Shown here: positions 17,917-29,513 of the stretch, in pieces
Layout: each line of letters starts with the position of its first letter
How positions within the stretch are numbered: the stretch's first letter is position 1
Assembly (NCBI GenBank): GCA_964016885.1
Contig: CAXHJY010001716.1
Location: 1 to 30,288 of the forward strand
DNA length: 30,288 bases
From: Eledone cirrhosa
Taxonomy: Eukaryota
Direction of reading: 5' to 3'
The notes under the pieces: model-generated
What the model was told of the DNA's origin: nothing
The model's database searches: none
The model's input: only the letters and a program-made list of their open reading frames with translations
Translations under genes and position numbers: made by a program

Positions 17917-18373
17917 TCTATCTGACGTCCTATCTACTCTACCATACTATCCGACGTCCTATCTACTCTGCCATACTATCCGACGTCCTATCTACTCTGC
18001 CATTATATCTGACGTTCTATCTACTCTGCCATACTATCTGTAGTCCTATCTACTCTGCCATTATATCTGACGTCCTATCTACTCTGCCATTATATCCGAC
18101 GTCCTATCTACTCTGCCATACTATCCGACGGTCTATCTACTCTGCCATACTATCCGACGTTCTATCTACTCTGCCATTCTATCCGACGTTCTATCTACTC
18201 TGCCATTCTATCCGACGTTCTATCTACTCTGCCATTCTATCCGACGTCCTATCTACTCTGCCATTCTATCCGACGTCCTATTTACTCTGTCATACTATCC
18301 GACGTTCTATCGACTCTGCCATTCTATCCGACGTTCTATGGACTCTGCCATACTATCTGACGTCCTATCTACT
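17890..18373. repeat. 29-bp minisatellite (TATCCGACGTCCTATCTACTCTGCCATAC)n, ~17 copies
   Basis: Units at 17890, 17919 and onward. The reverse complement contains TGGCAGAGTAGATAGGACGTCGGA, similar to the SINE head TGGCAGTATCGGTAGAGGGTCGGA. Confidence 0.95.
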
Positions 18374-18374
18374 A

Positions 18375-21300
18375 CTCCCACCCTGTGTCACACTGAATCT
18401 GTCTGTAATTGTAAGAGGAGGGCCAGCCTTCTCCCACCTTGTGTCACACTGAATCTGTCTGTAATTGTAAGGGGAGGGCCAGCCTTCTCCCACCCTGTGT
18501 CACACTGAATCTGTCTGTAATTGTAAGGGGAGAGCCAGCCTTCTCCGACCCTGTGTCACACTGAATCTGTCTGTAATTGTAAGGGGAGGGCCAGCCTTCT
18601 CCCACCCTGTGTCACACTGAATCTGTCTGTAATTGTAAAAGGAGGGCCAGCCTTCTCCCACCCTGTGTCACACTGAATCGATCTGTAATTGTAAGAGGAG
18701 GGCCAGCCTTCTCCTACCCTGAGTCACACTGAATCTATCTGTAATTGTAAGGAGAGGGCCAGCCTTCTCCCACCCTGTGTCACACTGAATCTGGCTGTAA
18801 TTGTAAGGAGAGGGCCAGCCTTCTCCCACCCTGTGTCACACTGAATCTGTCTGTAATTGTAAGGGAGGGTCAGCCTTCTCCCACCCTGTGTCACACTGAA
18901 TCGGTCTGTAATTCTAAGGGGAGGGCCAGCCTTCTCCCACCCTGTGTCGCACTTAATCTGTCTGTAATTGTAAGGGGAGGGCCAGCCTTCTCCCACCCTA
19001 TGTCACACTGAATCTGTCTGTAATTGTAAGGGGAGGGCCAGCCGTCTCCCACCCTGTGTCACACTGAATCTGTTTGTAATTGTAAGGGAGGGCCAGCCTT
19101 CTCCCAACCAGTGTCACACTGAATCTGTCTGTAATTGAAAGGGGAGGGCCAGCCTTCTCCCACCCTGTGTCACACTGAATCTGTCAGTAATTGTAAGGGG
19201 AGGGCCAGCCTTCTCCCCACCCTGTGTGACACTGAATCTGTCTGTAATTGTAAGGGGATGGCCAGCCTTCTCCCACCCTGTGTCACACTGAATCTGTCTG
19301 TAATTGTAAGGGGAGGGCCAGCCTTCTCTCACCCTGTGTCACACTGAATCTGTCTGTAATTGTAAGGGGAGGGCCAGCCTTCTCCCAACCAGTGTCACAC
19401 TGAATCTGTCTGTAATTGTAAGGGGAGGTCCAGCCTTCTCCCACCCTGTGTCACACTGAATCTGTCTGTAATTGTAAGGGGATGGCCAGCCTTCTCCCAC
19501 CCTGTGTCACACTGAATCTGTCTGTAATTGTAAGGGGAGGGCCAGCCTTCTCCCACCCTGTGTCACACTGAATCTGTCTGTAATTGTAAGAGGAGGGCCA
19601 GCCTTCTCCCACCCTGTGTCACACTGAATCTGTCTGTAATTGTAAGGGGAGGGCCAGCCTTCTCCCACCCTGTGTCACACTGAATCTGTCTGTAATTGTA
19701 AGGGGAGAGCCAGACTTCTCCCACCATGTGTCACACTGAATCTGTCTGTAATTGTAAGAGTAGAGCCAGCCTTCTCCCACTCTGCGTCACACTGAATCTG
19801 TCTGTAATTGTAAGAGGAGGGCCAGCCTTCTCCGACCCTGTGTCACACTGAATCTGTCTGTAATTGTAAAAGGAGGGCCAGCCTTCTCCGACCCTGTGTC
19901 ACACTGAATCTGTCTGTAATTGTAAGAGGAGAGCCAGCCTTCTCCGATCCTGTGTCACACTGAATCTGTCTGTAATGGTAAGGGGAGGGCCAGCCTTCTC
20001 CCACCCTGTGTCACACTGAATCTGTCTGTATTGTAAGGGCAGGGCCAGCCTTCTCCCACCCTGTGTCACACTGAATCTGTCTGTAATTGTAAGGGGAGAG
20101 CCAGCCTTCTCCCACCCTGTGTCACACTGAATCTGTCTGTAATTGTAAGGAGAGGGCCAGCCTTCTCCCACCCTGTGTCACACTGAATCTGTCTGTAATT
20201 GTAAAAGGAGGGCCAGCCTTCTCCGACCCTGTGTCACACTGAATCTGTCTGTAATTGTAAGAGGAGAGCCAGCCTTCTCCGATCCTGTGTCACACTGAAT
20301 CTGTCTGTAATGGTAAGGGGAGGGCCAGCCTTCTCCCACCCTGTGTCACACTGAATCTGTCTGTAATTGTAAGGGCAGGGCCAGCCTTCTCCCACCCTGT
20401 GTCACACTGAATCTGTCTGTAATTGTAAGGGCAGGGCCAGCCTTCTCCCACCCTGTGTCACACTGAATCTGTCTGTAATTGTAAGGGGAGGGCCAGCCTT
20501 CTCCCACCCTGTGTCACACTGAATCTGTCTGTAATTGTAAGAGGAGGGCCAGCCTTCTCCCACCCTGTGTCACACTGAATCTGTCTGTAATTGTAAGGGG
20601 AGGGCCAGCCTTCTCCCACCCTGTGTCACACTGAATCTGTCTGTAATTGTAAGGGGAGAGCCAGACTTCTCCCACCATGTGTCACACTGAATCTGTCTGT
20701 AATTGTAAGAGTAGAGCCAGCCTTCTCCCACTCTGCGTCACACTGAATCTGTCTGTAATTGTAAGAGGAGGGCCAGCCTTCTCCGACCCTGTGTCACACT
20801 GAATCTGTCTGTAATTGTAAAAGGAGGGCCAGCCTTCTCCGACCCTGTGTCACACTGAATCTGTCTGTAATTGTAAGAGGAGAGCCAGCCTTCTCCGATC
20901 CTGTGTCACACTGAATCTGTCTGTAATGGTAAGGGGAGGGCCAGCCTTCTCCCACCCTGTGTCACACTGAATCTGTCTGTAATTGTAAGGGCAGGGCCAG
21001 CCTTCTCCCACCCTGTGTCACACTGAATCTGTCTGTAATTGTAAGGGGAGAGCCAGCCTTCTCCCACCCTGTGTCACACTGAATCTGTCTGTAATTGTAA
21101 GGAGAGGGCCAGCCTTCTCCCACCCTGTGTCACACTGAATCTGTCTGTAATTGTAAAAGGAGGGCCAGCCTTCTCCGACCCTGTGTCACAATGAATCTGT
21201 CTGTAATTGTAAGAGGAGAGCCAGCCTTCTCCGATCCTGTGTCACACTGAATCTGTCTGTAATGGTAAGGGGAGGGCCAGCCTTCTCCCACCCTGTGTCA

Positions 21301-24300
21301 CACTGAATCTGTCTGTAATTGTAAGGGCAGGGCCAGCCTTCTCCCACCCTGTGTCACACTGAATCTGTCTGTAATTGTAAGGGCAGGGCCAGCCTTCTCC
21401 CACCCTGTGTCACACTGAATCAGTCTGTAATTGTAAGAGGAGGGCCAGCCTTCTCCCACCCTGTGTCACACTGAATCTGTCTGTAATTGTAAGGGGAGGG
21501 TCAGCCTTCTCCCACCCTGTGTCACACTGAATCTGTCTGTAATTCTAAGGGGAGGGCAAGCCATCTCGCACCCTGTGTCACACTGAATCTGTTTGTAATT
21601 GTAAGGGGAGGGCCAGCCTTCTCCCACCCTGTGTCACACTGAATCTGTCTGTAATTGTAAGGGGAGGGCTAGCTGTCTCCCACCCTGTGTCACACTGAAT
21701 CTGTCTGTACTTGTAAGGGGAGGGGCAGCTTTCTCCCAACCAGTGTCACAATGTATCTGTCTGTAATTGTAAGAGGAGAGCCAGCCTTCTCCCACCCTCT
21801 GTAACACTTAATCTGTCTGTAATTATAAGAGGAGAGCCAGCCTTCTCCCACCCTGTGTCACACTGAATCTGTCTGTAATTGTAAGAGGAGAGCCAGCCTT
21901 CTCCCACCCTGTGTCACACTGAATCTGTCTGTAATTGTAAGAGGAGAGCCAGCCTTCTCCGACCCTGTGTCACACTGTATCTGTCTGTAATTGTAAGAGG
22001 AGAGCCAGCGTTTTCCCACCCTGTGTCACTGTGAATCTGTCTGTAATTGTAAGTGGAGGCCCCAGCCTTCTCCCACCCTGTGTCACACTGAATCTATCTG
22101 TATTTGTAAGGAGAGGGCCAGCCTTCTCCCTCCCTGTGTCACACTGAATGTCTGTAATTGTAAGAGGATGGCCAGCCTTCTCCCACCCTGTGTCACACTG
22201 AATCTGTCTGTAATTGTAAAGAGAGGGCCAGCCTTCTCCCACACTGTGTCACACACTGAATCTGTCTGTAATTGTAAGAGGAGAGCCAGCCTTCTCCCAC
22301 CCTGTGTCACACTGAATCTGTCTGTAATTGTAAGGGGAGGGCCAGCCTTCTCCCACCCTGTGTAACACTGAATCTGTCTGTAATTGTAAGTGGAGGGCTA
22401 GCTTTCTTCCACCCTGTGTCACACTGAATCTGTCTGTAATTGTAAGAGGAGAGCCAGCCTTCTCCCACCCTCTGTCACACTGAATCTGTCTGTAATTGTA
22501 TGAGGAGAGCCAGCCTTCTCCGACCCTGTGTCACACTGTATCTGTCTGTAATTGTAAGAGGAAAGCCAGCCTTCTCCCACCCTGTGTCACTGTGAATCTG
22601 TCTGTAATTGTAAGGAGAGGCCCAGCCTTCTCCCACCCTGTGTCACATTGAATCTGTCTGTAATTGTAAGAGGAGAGCCAGCCTTCTCCCACCCTGTGTC
22701 ACACTGAATCTGTCTGTAATTATAAGGGGAGGTCCAGCCTTCTCCCAGCCTGTGTCACACTAAATCTATCTGTGATTGTAAGGGGAGGGCCAGCCTTCTC
22801 CCACCCTGTGTCACACTGAATCTCTGTAATTGTAAAGAGAGTGCCAGCCTTCTGCCACCCTGTGTCACACTGAATCTGTCTGTAATTGTAAGGGGAGGGC
22901 CAGCCATCTCCCACCCTGTGTCACTGTGAATCTGTCTGTAATTGTAAGGAGAGGCCCAGCCTTCTCCCACCCTGTGTCACATTGAATCTGTCTGTAATTG
23001 TAAGAGGAGTGCCAGAATTCTCCCACCCTGTGTCGCACTGAATCTGTCTGTAATTGTAAGGGGAGGGCCAGCCTTCTCCCACCCTGTGTCACACTGAATC
23101 TGTCTGTAATTCTAAGGGGAGGGCAAGCCTTCTCACACCCTGTGTCACACTGAATCTGTCTGTAATTGTAAGGGGAGGGTCAGCCTTCTCCCACCCTGTG
23201 TCACACTGAATCTGTCTGTAATTCTAAGGGGAGGGCAAGCCTTCTCACACCCTGTGTCACAATGAATCTGCCTGTAATTGTAAGGGGAGGGCCAGCCTTC
23301 TCCCACCCTGTGTCACACTGAATCTGTCTGTAATTGTAAGCGGAGGGCCAGCCTTCTCCGACCCTGTGTCACACTGAATCTGTCTGTAATTGTAAGGGGA
23401 GGGCTAGCCGTCTCCCACCCTGTTTCACACTGAATCTGTCTGTAATTGTAAGGGGAGGGGCAGCTTTCTCCCAACCAGTGTCACAATGTATCTGTCTGTA
23501 ATTGTAAGAGGAGAGCCAGCCTTCTCCCACCCTCTGTAACACTGAATCTGTCTGTAATTGTAAGAGGAGAGCCAGCCTTCTCCCACCCTGTGTCACACTG
23601 AATCTGTCTGTAATTGTAAGAGGAAAGCCAGCCTTCTCCCACCCTGTGTCACACTGAATCTGTCTGTAATTGTAAGAGGAGAGCCAGCCTTCTCCGACCC
23701 TGTGTCACACTGTATCTGTCTGTAACTGTAAGAGGAGAGCCAGCGTTTTCCCACCCTGTGTCACTGTGAATCTGTCTGTAATTGTAAGGGGAGGCCCAGC
23801 CTTCTCCCACCCTGTGTCACACTGAATCTATCTGTAATTCTAAGGAGAGGGCCAGCCTTCTCCCACCCTGTGTCACACTGAATGTCTGTAATTGTAAGAG
23901 GATGGCCAGCCTTCTCCCACCCTGTGTCACACTGAATCTGTCTGTAATTGTAAAGAGAGGGCCAGCCTTCTCCCACACTGTGTCACACTGAATCTGTCTG
24001 TAATTGTAAGAGGAGGCCCAGCCTTCTCCCACCCTGTGTCACACTGAATCTGTCTGTAATTGTAAGGGGAGGGCCAGCCTTCTCCCACCCTGTGTAACAC
24101 TGAATCTGTCTGTAATTGTAAGTGAAGGGCTAGCCTTCTCCCACCCTGTGTCACATTGAATCTGTCTGTAATTGTAAGAGGAGAGCCAGCCTTCTCCCAC
24201 CCTCTGTCACACTGAATCTGTCTGTAATTGTAAGAGGACAGCCAGCCTTCTCCCACCCTGTGTCACACTGAATCTGTCTGTAATTGTAAAGAAAGGGCCA

Positions 24301-26067
24301 GCCTTCTCCCACACTGTGTCACACTGAATCTGTCTGTAATTGTAAGAGGAGGCCCAGCCTTCTCCCACCCTGTGTCACACTGAATCTGTCTGTAATTGTA
24401 AGGGGAGGGCCAGCCTTCTCCCACCCTGTGTCACACTGAATCTGTCTCTAATTGTAAGAGGAGAGCCAGCCTTCTCCCACCCTGTGTCACACTGAATCTG
24501 TCTGTAATTGTAAGAGGAGAGCCAGCCTTCTCCCACCCTGTGTCACTGAATCTGTCTGTAATTGTAAGGAGAGGCCCAGCCTTTTCCCACCCTGTGTCAC
24601 ATTGAATCTGTCTGTAATTGTAAGAGGAGAGCCAGAATTCTCCCACCCTGTGTCACACTGAATCTGTCTGTAATTGTAAGGGGAGGGCCAGCCTTCTCCC
24701 AGCCTGTGTCACACTAAATCTATCTGTAATTGTAAAGAGAGTGCCAGCCTTCTCCCACCCTGTGTCACACTGAATCTGTGTGTAATTGTAAGGGGAGGGT
24801 CAGCCTTCTCCCATGCTGTGTCACACTGAATCTGTCTGTAATTGTATAAGGAGGGCCAGCCTTCTCCCACCCTGTGTCACACTGAATCTGTCTGTAATTG
24901 TAAGAGGAGGGCCAGCCATCTCCCACCCTGTGTCACACTGAATCTGTCTGTAATTGTAAGGGGAGGGCCAGCCTTCTCCGACACTGTGTCACACTGAATC
25001 TGTCTGTAATTGTAAGAGGAGAGCCAGCCTTCTCCCACCCTGTATCACACTGAATCTGTATGTAATTGTAAGAGGAGAGCCAGCCTTCTCCCACCCTGTG
25101 TCACACTGAATCTGTCTGTAATTGTAAGGGGAGGCCCAGCCTTCTCCCACCCTGTGTCACACTGACTCTGTCTGTAATTGTAAGAGGAGAGCCAGCCTTC
25201 TCCCACCCTGTGTCACACTGAATCTGTCTGTAATTGTAAGGGGAGGGCCAGCCTTCTCCCACCCTGTGTCACACTGAATGTATCTGTAATTGTAAGGAGA
25301 GGGCCAGCCTTCTCCCACCCTGTGTCACACTGAATCTGTCTGTAATTGTAAGAGGAGAGCCAGCCTTCTCCCACCCTCTGTCACACTGAATCTGTCTGTA
25401 ATTTTAAGAGAGCCAGCCTTCTCCCACCCTCTGTAACACTGAATCTGACTGTAATTGTAAGAGGAAAGCCAGCGTTTACCGACCTTGTGTCACACTGAAT
25501 CTGTCTGTAATTGTAAGGGGAGGGCCAGCCTTTTCCGACCCTGTGTCACACTGAATCTATTTGTAATTGTAAAAGGAGGGCCAGCCTTCTCCCACCCTAT
25601 GTCACACTGAATCTGTCTGTAATTGTAAGAGGAGAGCCAGCCTTCTCCGACCCTGTGTCACACTGAATGTATCTGTAATTGTAAGGAGAGGGCCAGCCTT
25701 CTCCCACCCTGTGTCACACTGAATCTGTCTGTAATTGTAAGAGGAGAGCCAGCCTTCTCCCACCCTGTGTCACACTGAATCTGTCTGTAATTTTAAGAGG
25801 AGAGCCAGCCTTCTCCCACCCTCTGTAACACTGAATCTGACTGTAATTGTAAGAGGAAAGCCAGCGTTTACCGACCCTGTGTCACACTGAATCTGTCTGT
25901 AATTGTAAGGGGAGGGCCAGCCTTTTCCGACCCTGTGTCACACTGAATCTATCTGTAATTGTAAAAGGAGGGCCAGCCTTCTCCCACCTTATGTCACACT
26001 GAATCTGTCTGTAATTGTAAGAGGAGAGCCAGCCTTCTCCGACCCTGTGTCACACTGAATCTGTCTG
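18375..26067. repeat. 56-bp tandem satellite, ~137 copies; consensus CTCCCACCCTGTGTCACACTGAATCTGTCTGTAATTGTAAGGGGAGGGCCAGCCTT
   Basis: Period 56 (18375, 18431...) over 7693 bp; variation is concentrated in the purine run GGGGAGGG. Confidence 0.99.
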
Positions 26068-26244
26068 AACATAATATATTAATGTATCTGGAATAGAAAT
26101 ATCTGTGGAATACACGGTCATTTACAATATACATTAAATAAATTGGTACTTCCGCTAAACGAGCAACGGAAATACACATTGTCGAACGGAAGATTCTTAT
26201 TTTAACTTCATAAGCATCTCCACACTTAGTTTCATGTGGGTGCA

Positions 26245-26327
26245 TATATATATATGTATATGTATGTATATGTATATATATATATATATATATATGTATA
26301 TGTATGTATATATATATATATAGAGAG

Positions 26328-26401
<74 letters not shown>

Positions 26402-26440
26402 GTATATGTATATGTATATATATATATGTATATGTATATG

Positions 26441-26471
<31 letters not shown>

Positions 26472-26521
26472 GTATATATGTATATGTATATGAATATATA
26501 TATATGTATATATATATGTAT

Positions 26522-26553
<32 letters not shown>

Positions 26554-26634
26554 GTATGTATATATATATATAGAGAGATATATATGTATATGTATGTATA
26601 TATATATATAGAGAGATATATATGTATATGTATG

Positions 26635-26692
<58 letters not shown>
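26245..26692. repeat. (TA)nTG microsatellite with short (GA)n inserts
   Basis: Read directly. Confidence 0.96.
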
Positions 26693-26693
<1 letters not shown>

Positions 26694-26735
26694 ATGAAAC
26701 GTGTAATTTTCTACACAAAACGAAGGTTATAGAGA

Positions 26736-27069
26736 AAATTGAGGTTGGTAATGGCACATTGAATATATAAGAGACAGAATACCTTTTTGTGAAAAAACAT
26801 ATAATTTTATAAGGTAAGGAAATAATAAAGGGTATAAAAAATGACCGGTTTCGATGGGTCTGCAAAAGCCATATTTTCAAATGTTGATTAATATTAAGAA
26901 AAATTAATAATACGAAGAGTTAAAATTTGAGATTTGAAAATTCAAGTATAAAATTCATTGTGGGATTTCATAGCAGTTTTCATCTAGGTAGCAACAACAA
27001 GTTGACTGCTGTGTCCCTTTCTGGTAGTGAATGAGAAGTTATTTGGGGTGTGGGTTATTTTATAAAGGT
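26736..27069 (-). repeat. 3' pseudo-LTR (left arm of the inverted repeat)
   Basis: Reverse complement of 28901-29234 with only scattered differences. Confidence 0.93.
26838..26885 (-). ncRNA. Degenerate minimal hammerhead ribozyme in the sense pLTR
   Basis: The minus strand reads AACAT-TTGAAAA-T-ATGG CTTTTGCAGAC CCAT C-GAAA-CCGG-TC-ATTTT. GAAA, palindromic ACCGGT and the GTC site are intact; the CTGANGA core carries two transitions. Confidence 0.55.
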
Positions 27070-27197
27070 CAGATTTAGCAATGGCCAACTGGCCAGCTGC
27101 TGGTCAGTGAGGGGTGGAAGCAATATACATACATATATCTTCCTGTGGTGGGTAGGAGAGTGGAGCGTGATAGAAAGGGATTTAGTGCACTTACACC

Positions 27198-27252
27198 TAT
27201 ATATACACACATACCTTCATCCACACATACATACATATACATATACATCCTC

Positions 27253-27295
<43 letters not shown>

Positions 27296-27607
27296 CACAC
27301 ATACATACACACACACACATACATATACATACACACATACACACACACACACATATATACACATACACACACATATATATATATATACACACACACACAT
27401 ATATATACATACACATACATCCAGATACACACATACATACGCATACATCCAGATACACACATACATACACACACACACACGCACACACAATACATACATC
27501 CACATGCACACACATACACACACACACACATATACACATACATACACCCACACACAGAAATGGCCTCCAAATATATATATATATATATATACATACATTC
27601 ACATATA
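27198..27607. repeat. Mixed (CA)n/(TA)n/(CATA)n microsatellite within the PLE 3' region
   Basis: Read directly. Confidence 0.93.
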
Positions 27608-27891
27608 TTTTTTCCATAATATAAAAGTTGGGACAGTGAAATTAAAATACAAGTCATTCTGATCACATTGAGTTCTTCATGTATATTGGGCCCCGCAACC
27701 GACAGTGGTGAATTCTGTGTGCGCATATATATATAGAGATATATGTGTGTGCACGTGCAGGGTTTAACATGGATGTGTTGGTCACACAAAGGCATGGTCT
27801 GTCAACGAATAAACATGATTCTACAGAATTGGTCTCTGGTCTTTAATAGTAGTGATTCCGTGCGTATGTGTGTTTATATTTTATGACAATT

Positions 27892-28886
27892 CTATTGGGG
27901 TGATACGTTTAGTTTTGGTTTAAATTTTTTAAGGAATAGATTTTCTTTGTTTATTCTTTGTTGCTGTGTGAACGAATCTGAGCACTTGTAGAAGGGGAAG
28001 ATTTTAAAGTTGGGTAGTGTCATTCCTGCGCAGTCGCAATATGGCTGCTCAAGGGGATTTTTCTTGTGTTAGCGTCCCGGATTTGTTGGCGGTGGATGGT
28101 CATTCTTTTGCATAATGAGGTGCCCGTCTGTCCTATGTAGTTGTGTTTGCACCCACCGCAAGTTATTGCGTAAATCAAATTCTCCGAGTTGCAGGTGAAA
28201 TTGTTTTTTACTGTAAATGTTTGGCCATCTTTGAATGTAAATGTTTGTCCTTCAGTGAGGTAGAGGCACGTTCCACAGTTTGTTCTACCACATTTGGTAA
28301 CTGTAGGGTTGAGGATTGGTTTGGGTATATTTGGTCCAGTGAGAATGCGTTTAAGTGATTTGGGTTGTCTTTTACTTTTAAGGATCTTGTGTGTTTCAAG
28401 AATAGACTTCATTTTTACATCTTTAAGTAGGATGGGGAGGTTTTTGTGTAGGTGATCAAACATTTCGGTATTTCTGGGGTTGAAAGTGGATACATATGGC
28501 AGGGTGTTGAGTGTGGTTTTCTGTTTTGGATTGTTAAGTTGATGGGGATTTAGGTGTTTTGCCCTGTCTATTCCATTGTTGATTATTTCAAGTGGAAAGG
28601 CTCTTAAGATAAGGGTGTCTTTTAGTTCCTTTAGTCTTTGCTCCCGTTTAGGTGGATCTGATACTATGGTACATATACGTTTGGCCAAATTGTAAGGAAT
28701 GTTAAGTTTTGTATGTTTTGGGTGACTTGATGTGAAAAAGAGGTATTGCTTGGAATCTGTGGGTTTATAGAATATATCTGTATCTAATTTCCCGTCTATT
28801 ACAGAGATGAGGATATCCAAGAAGGCTAATTCCTTAGGATTGGATTCCATTGTGAATTGTATGTTGAAATCTATGTTGTTTATCAT
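27892..28886 (-). pseudogene. Penelope-like RT C-terminus/thumb and GIY-YIG endonuclease; 5'-truncated, with one frameshift near 28036
   Basis: Motifs IQFTME, LAFLDILI, YKPTD..QYL...SSHP.H, linker C-x4-C-x2-C, and FTC...NLIYAITC..C...YIGQTG...KR...H. A shifted frame continues CAGMTLPNFKIFPFYKC...RINKENLFLKKFKPKLNVSPQ* to 27892. The RT catalytic DD motif is missing. Confidence 0.92.
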
Positions 28887-28900
28887 GTTTTTAAAATATC

Positions 28901-29234
28901 ACCTTTATAAAATAACCCACACCCCAAATAACTTCTCATTCACTACCAGAAAGGGACACAGCAGTCAACTTGTTGTTGCTACCTAGATGAAAACTACTAT
29001 GAAATCCCACAATGAATTTTATACTTGAATTTTCAAATCTCAAATTTTAACTCTTCGTATTATTAATTTTTCTTAATATTAATCAACATTTGAAATGATG
29101 GCTTTTGCAGACCCATCGAAACCGGTCATTTTTTATACCCTTTATTATTTCCTTACCTTATAAAATTATATGTTTTTTAACAAAAAAGTATTCTGTCTCT
29201 TATATATTCCATGTGCCATTACCAACCTCAATTT
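28901..29234 (+). repeat. Inverted 5' pseudo-LTR (right arm of the inverted repeat)
   Basis: Starts ACCTTTATAAAATAACCC immediately at the ORF truncation point and mirrors 26736-27069. Confidence 0.93.
29085..29132 (+). ncRNA. Degenerate minimal hammerhead ribozyme in the inverted pLTR
   Basis: AACAT-TTGAAA-T-GATGG CTTTTGCAGAC CCATC-GAAA-CCGG-TC-ATTTT. Stem II GATGG/CCATC is perfect; the core is damaged. Confidence 0.55.
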
Positions 29235-29235
29235 G

Positions 29236-29284
<49 letters not shown>

Positions 29285-29395
29285 CATACATACCTACAAA
29301 TATATATATATGTATATAACGAAGGAAATGTGGTAAGGAACCAGATGGACCATAACGCACCAGAGAACTCAATACTGCGGATAGTAGAGTGGGTA

Positions 29396-29513
29396 ATAGG
29401 AAAAAGTATGACCCCGACGGCAGAGCTCAAGCCGTTTCGACGGCTATTTCTGAGTCCAGGAATAGCCGTCGAAACGGTTTGAGCTCTGCCGTTGGGGTCA
29501 TACTTTTTCCTAT
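29396..29513. repeat. Foldback inverted repeat: 57-bp arms, 4-nt loop (AGTC)
   Basis: 29396-29452 pairs with 29457-29513. There are three non-Watson-Crick positions, all G-T on the + strand. Confidence 0.95.

Larger units (their letters stand above)
26693..29240 (-). mobile_element. 5'-truncated Penelope-like retroelement (Neptune/Naiad-like linker) with an inverted 5' pseudo-LTR
   Basis: RT-thumb plus GIY-YIG ORF remnant, ~334-bp inverted repeats at both ends, and (TA)n flanks on both sides. Confidence 0.88.

Noticed and set aside
18724-24646. Many 60-110 aa ORFs inside the satellite
   Set aside because: The 56-bp period cycles the reading frames and gives repeated peptides with regular stops; they are not coding.
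17890-26067. CRISPR-like appearance of the 29-bp and 56-bp arrays
   Set aside because: The units are contiguous with no unique spacers, there are no cas genes, and the context is eukaryotic.
18375-26067. Hammerhead-bearing satellite (newt/schistosome type), suggested by CTGAAT in each unit
   Set aside because: The unit has CTGAATC rather than CTGANGA and no consensus GAAA on either strand.
26068-26244. Possible further pLTR or ribozyme remnant (minus-strand CATGAAACTAAGT and a small TTCCG...CGGAA hairpin)
   Set aside because: No catalytic core or convincing stems; left unassigned.
28020-28022. TGA as possible selenocysteine read-through, as reported for some Naiad PLEs
   Set aside because: The conserved GIY-YIG C-terminus continues in a different frame, so a frameshift near 28036 explains the stop.
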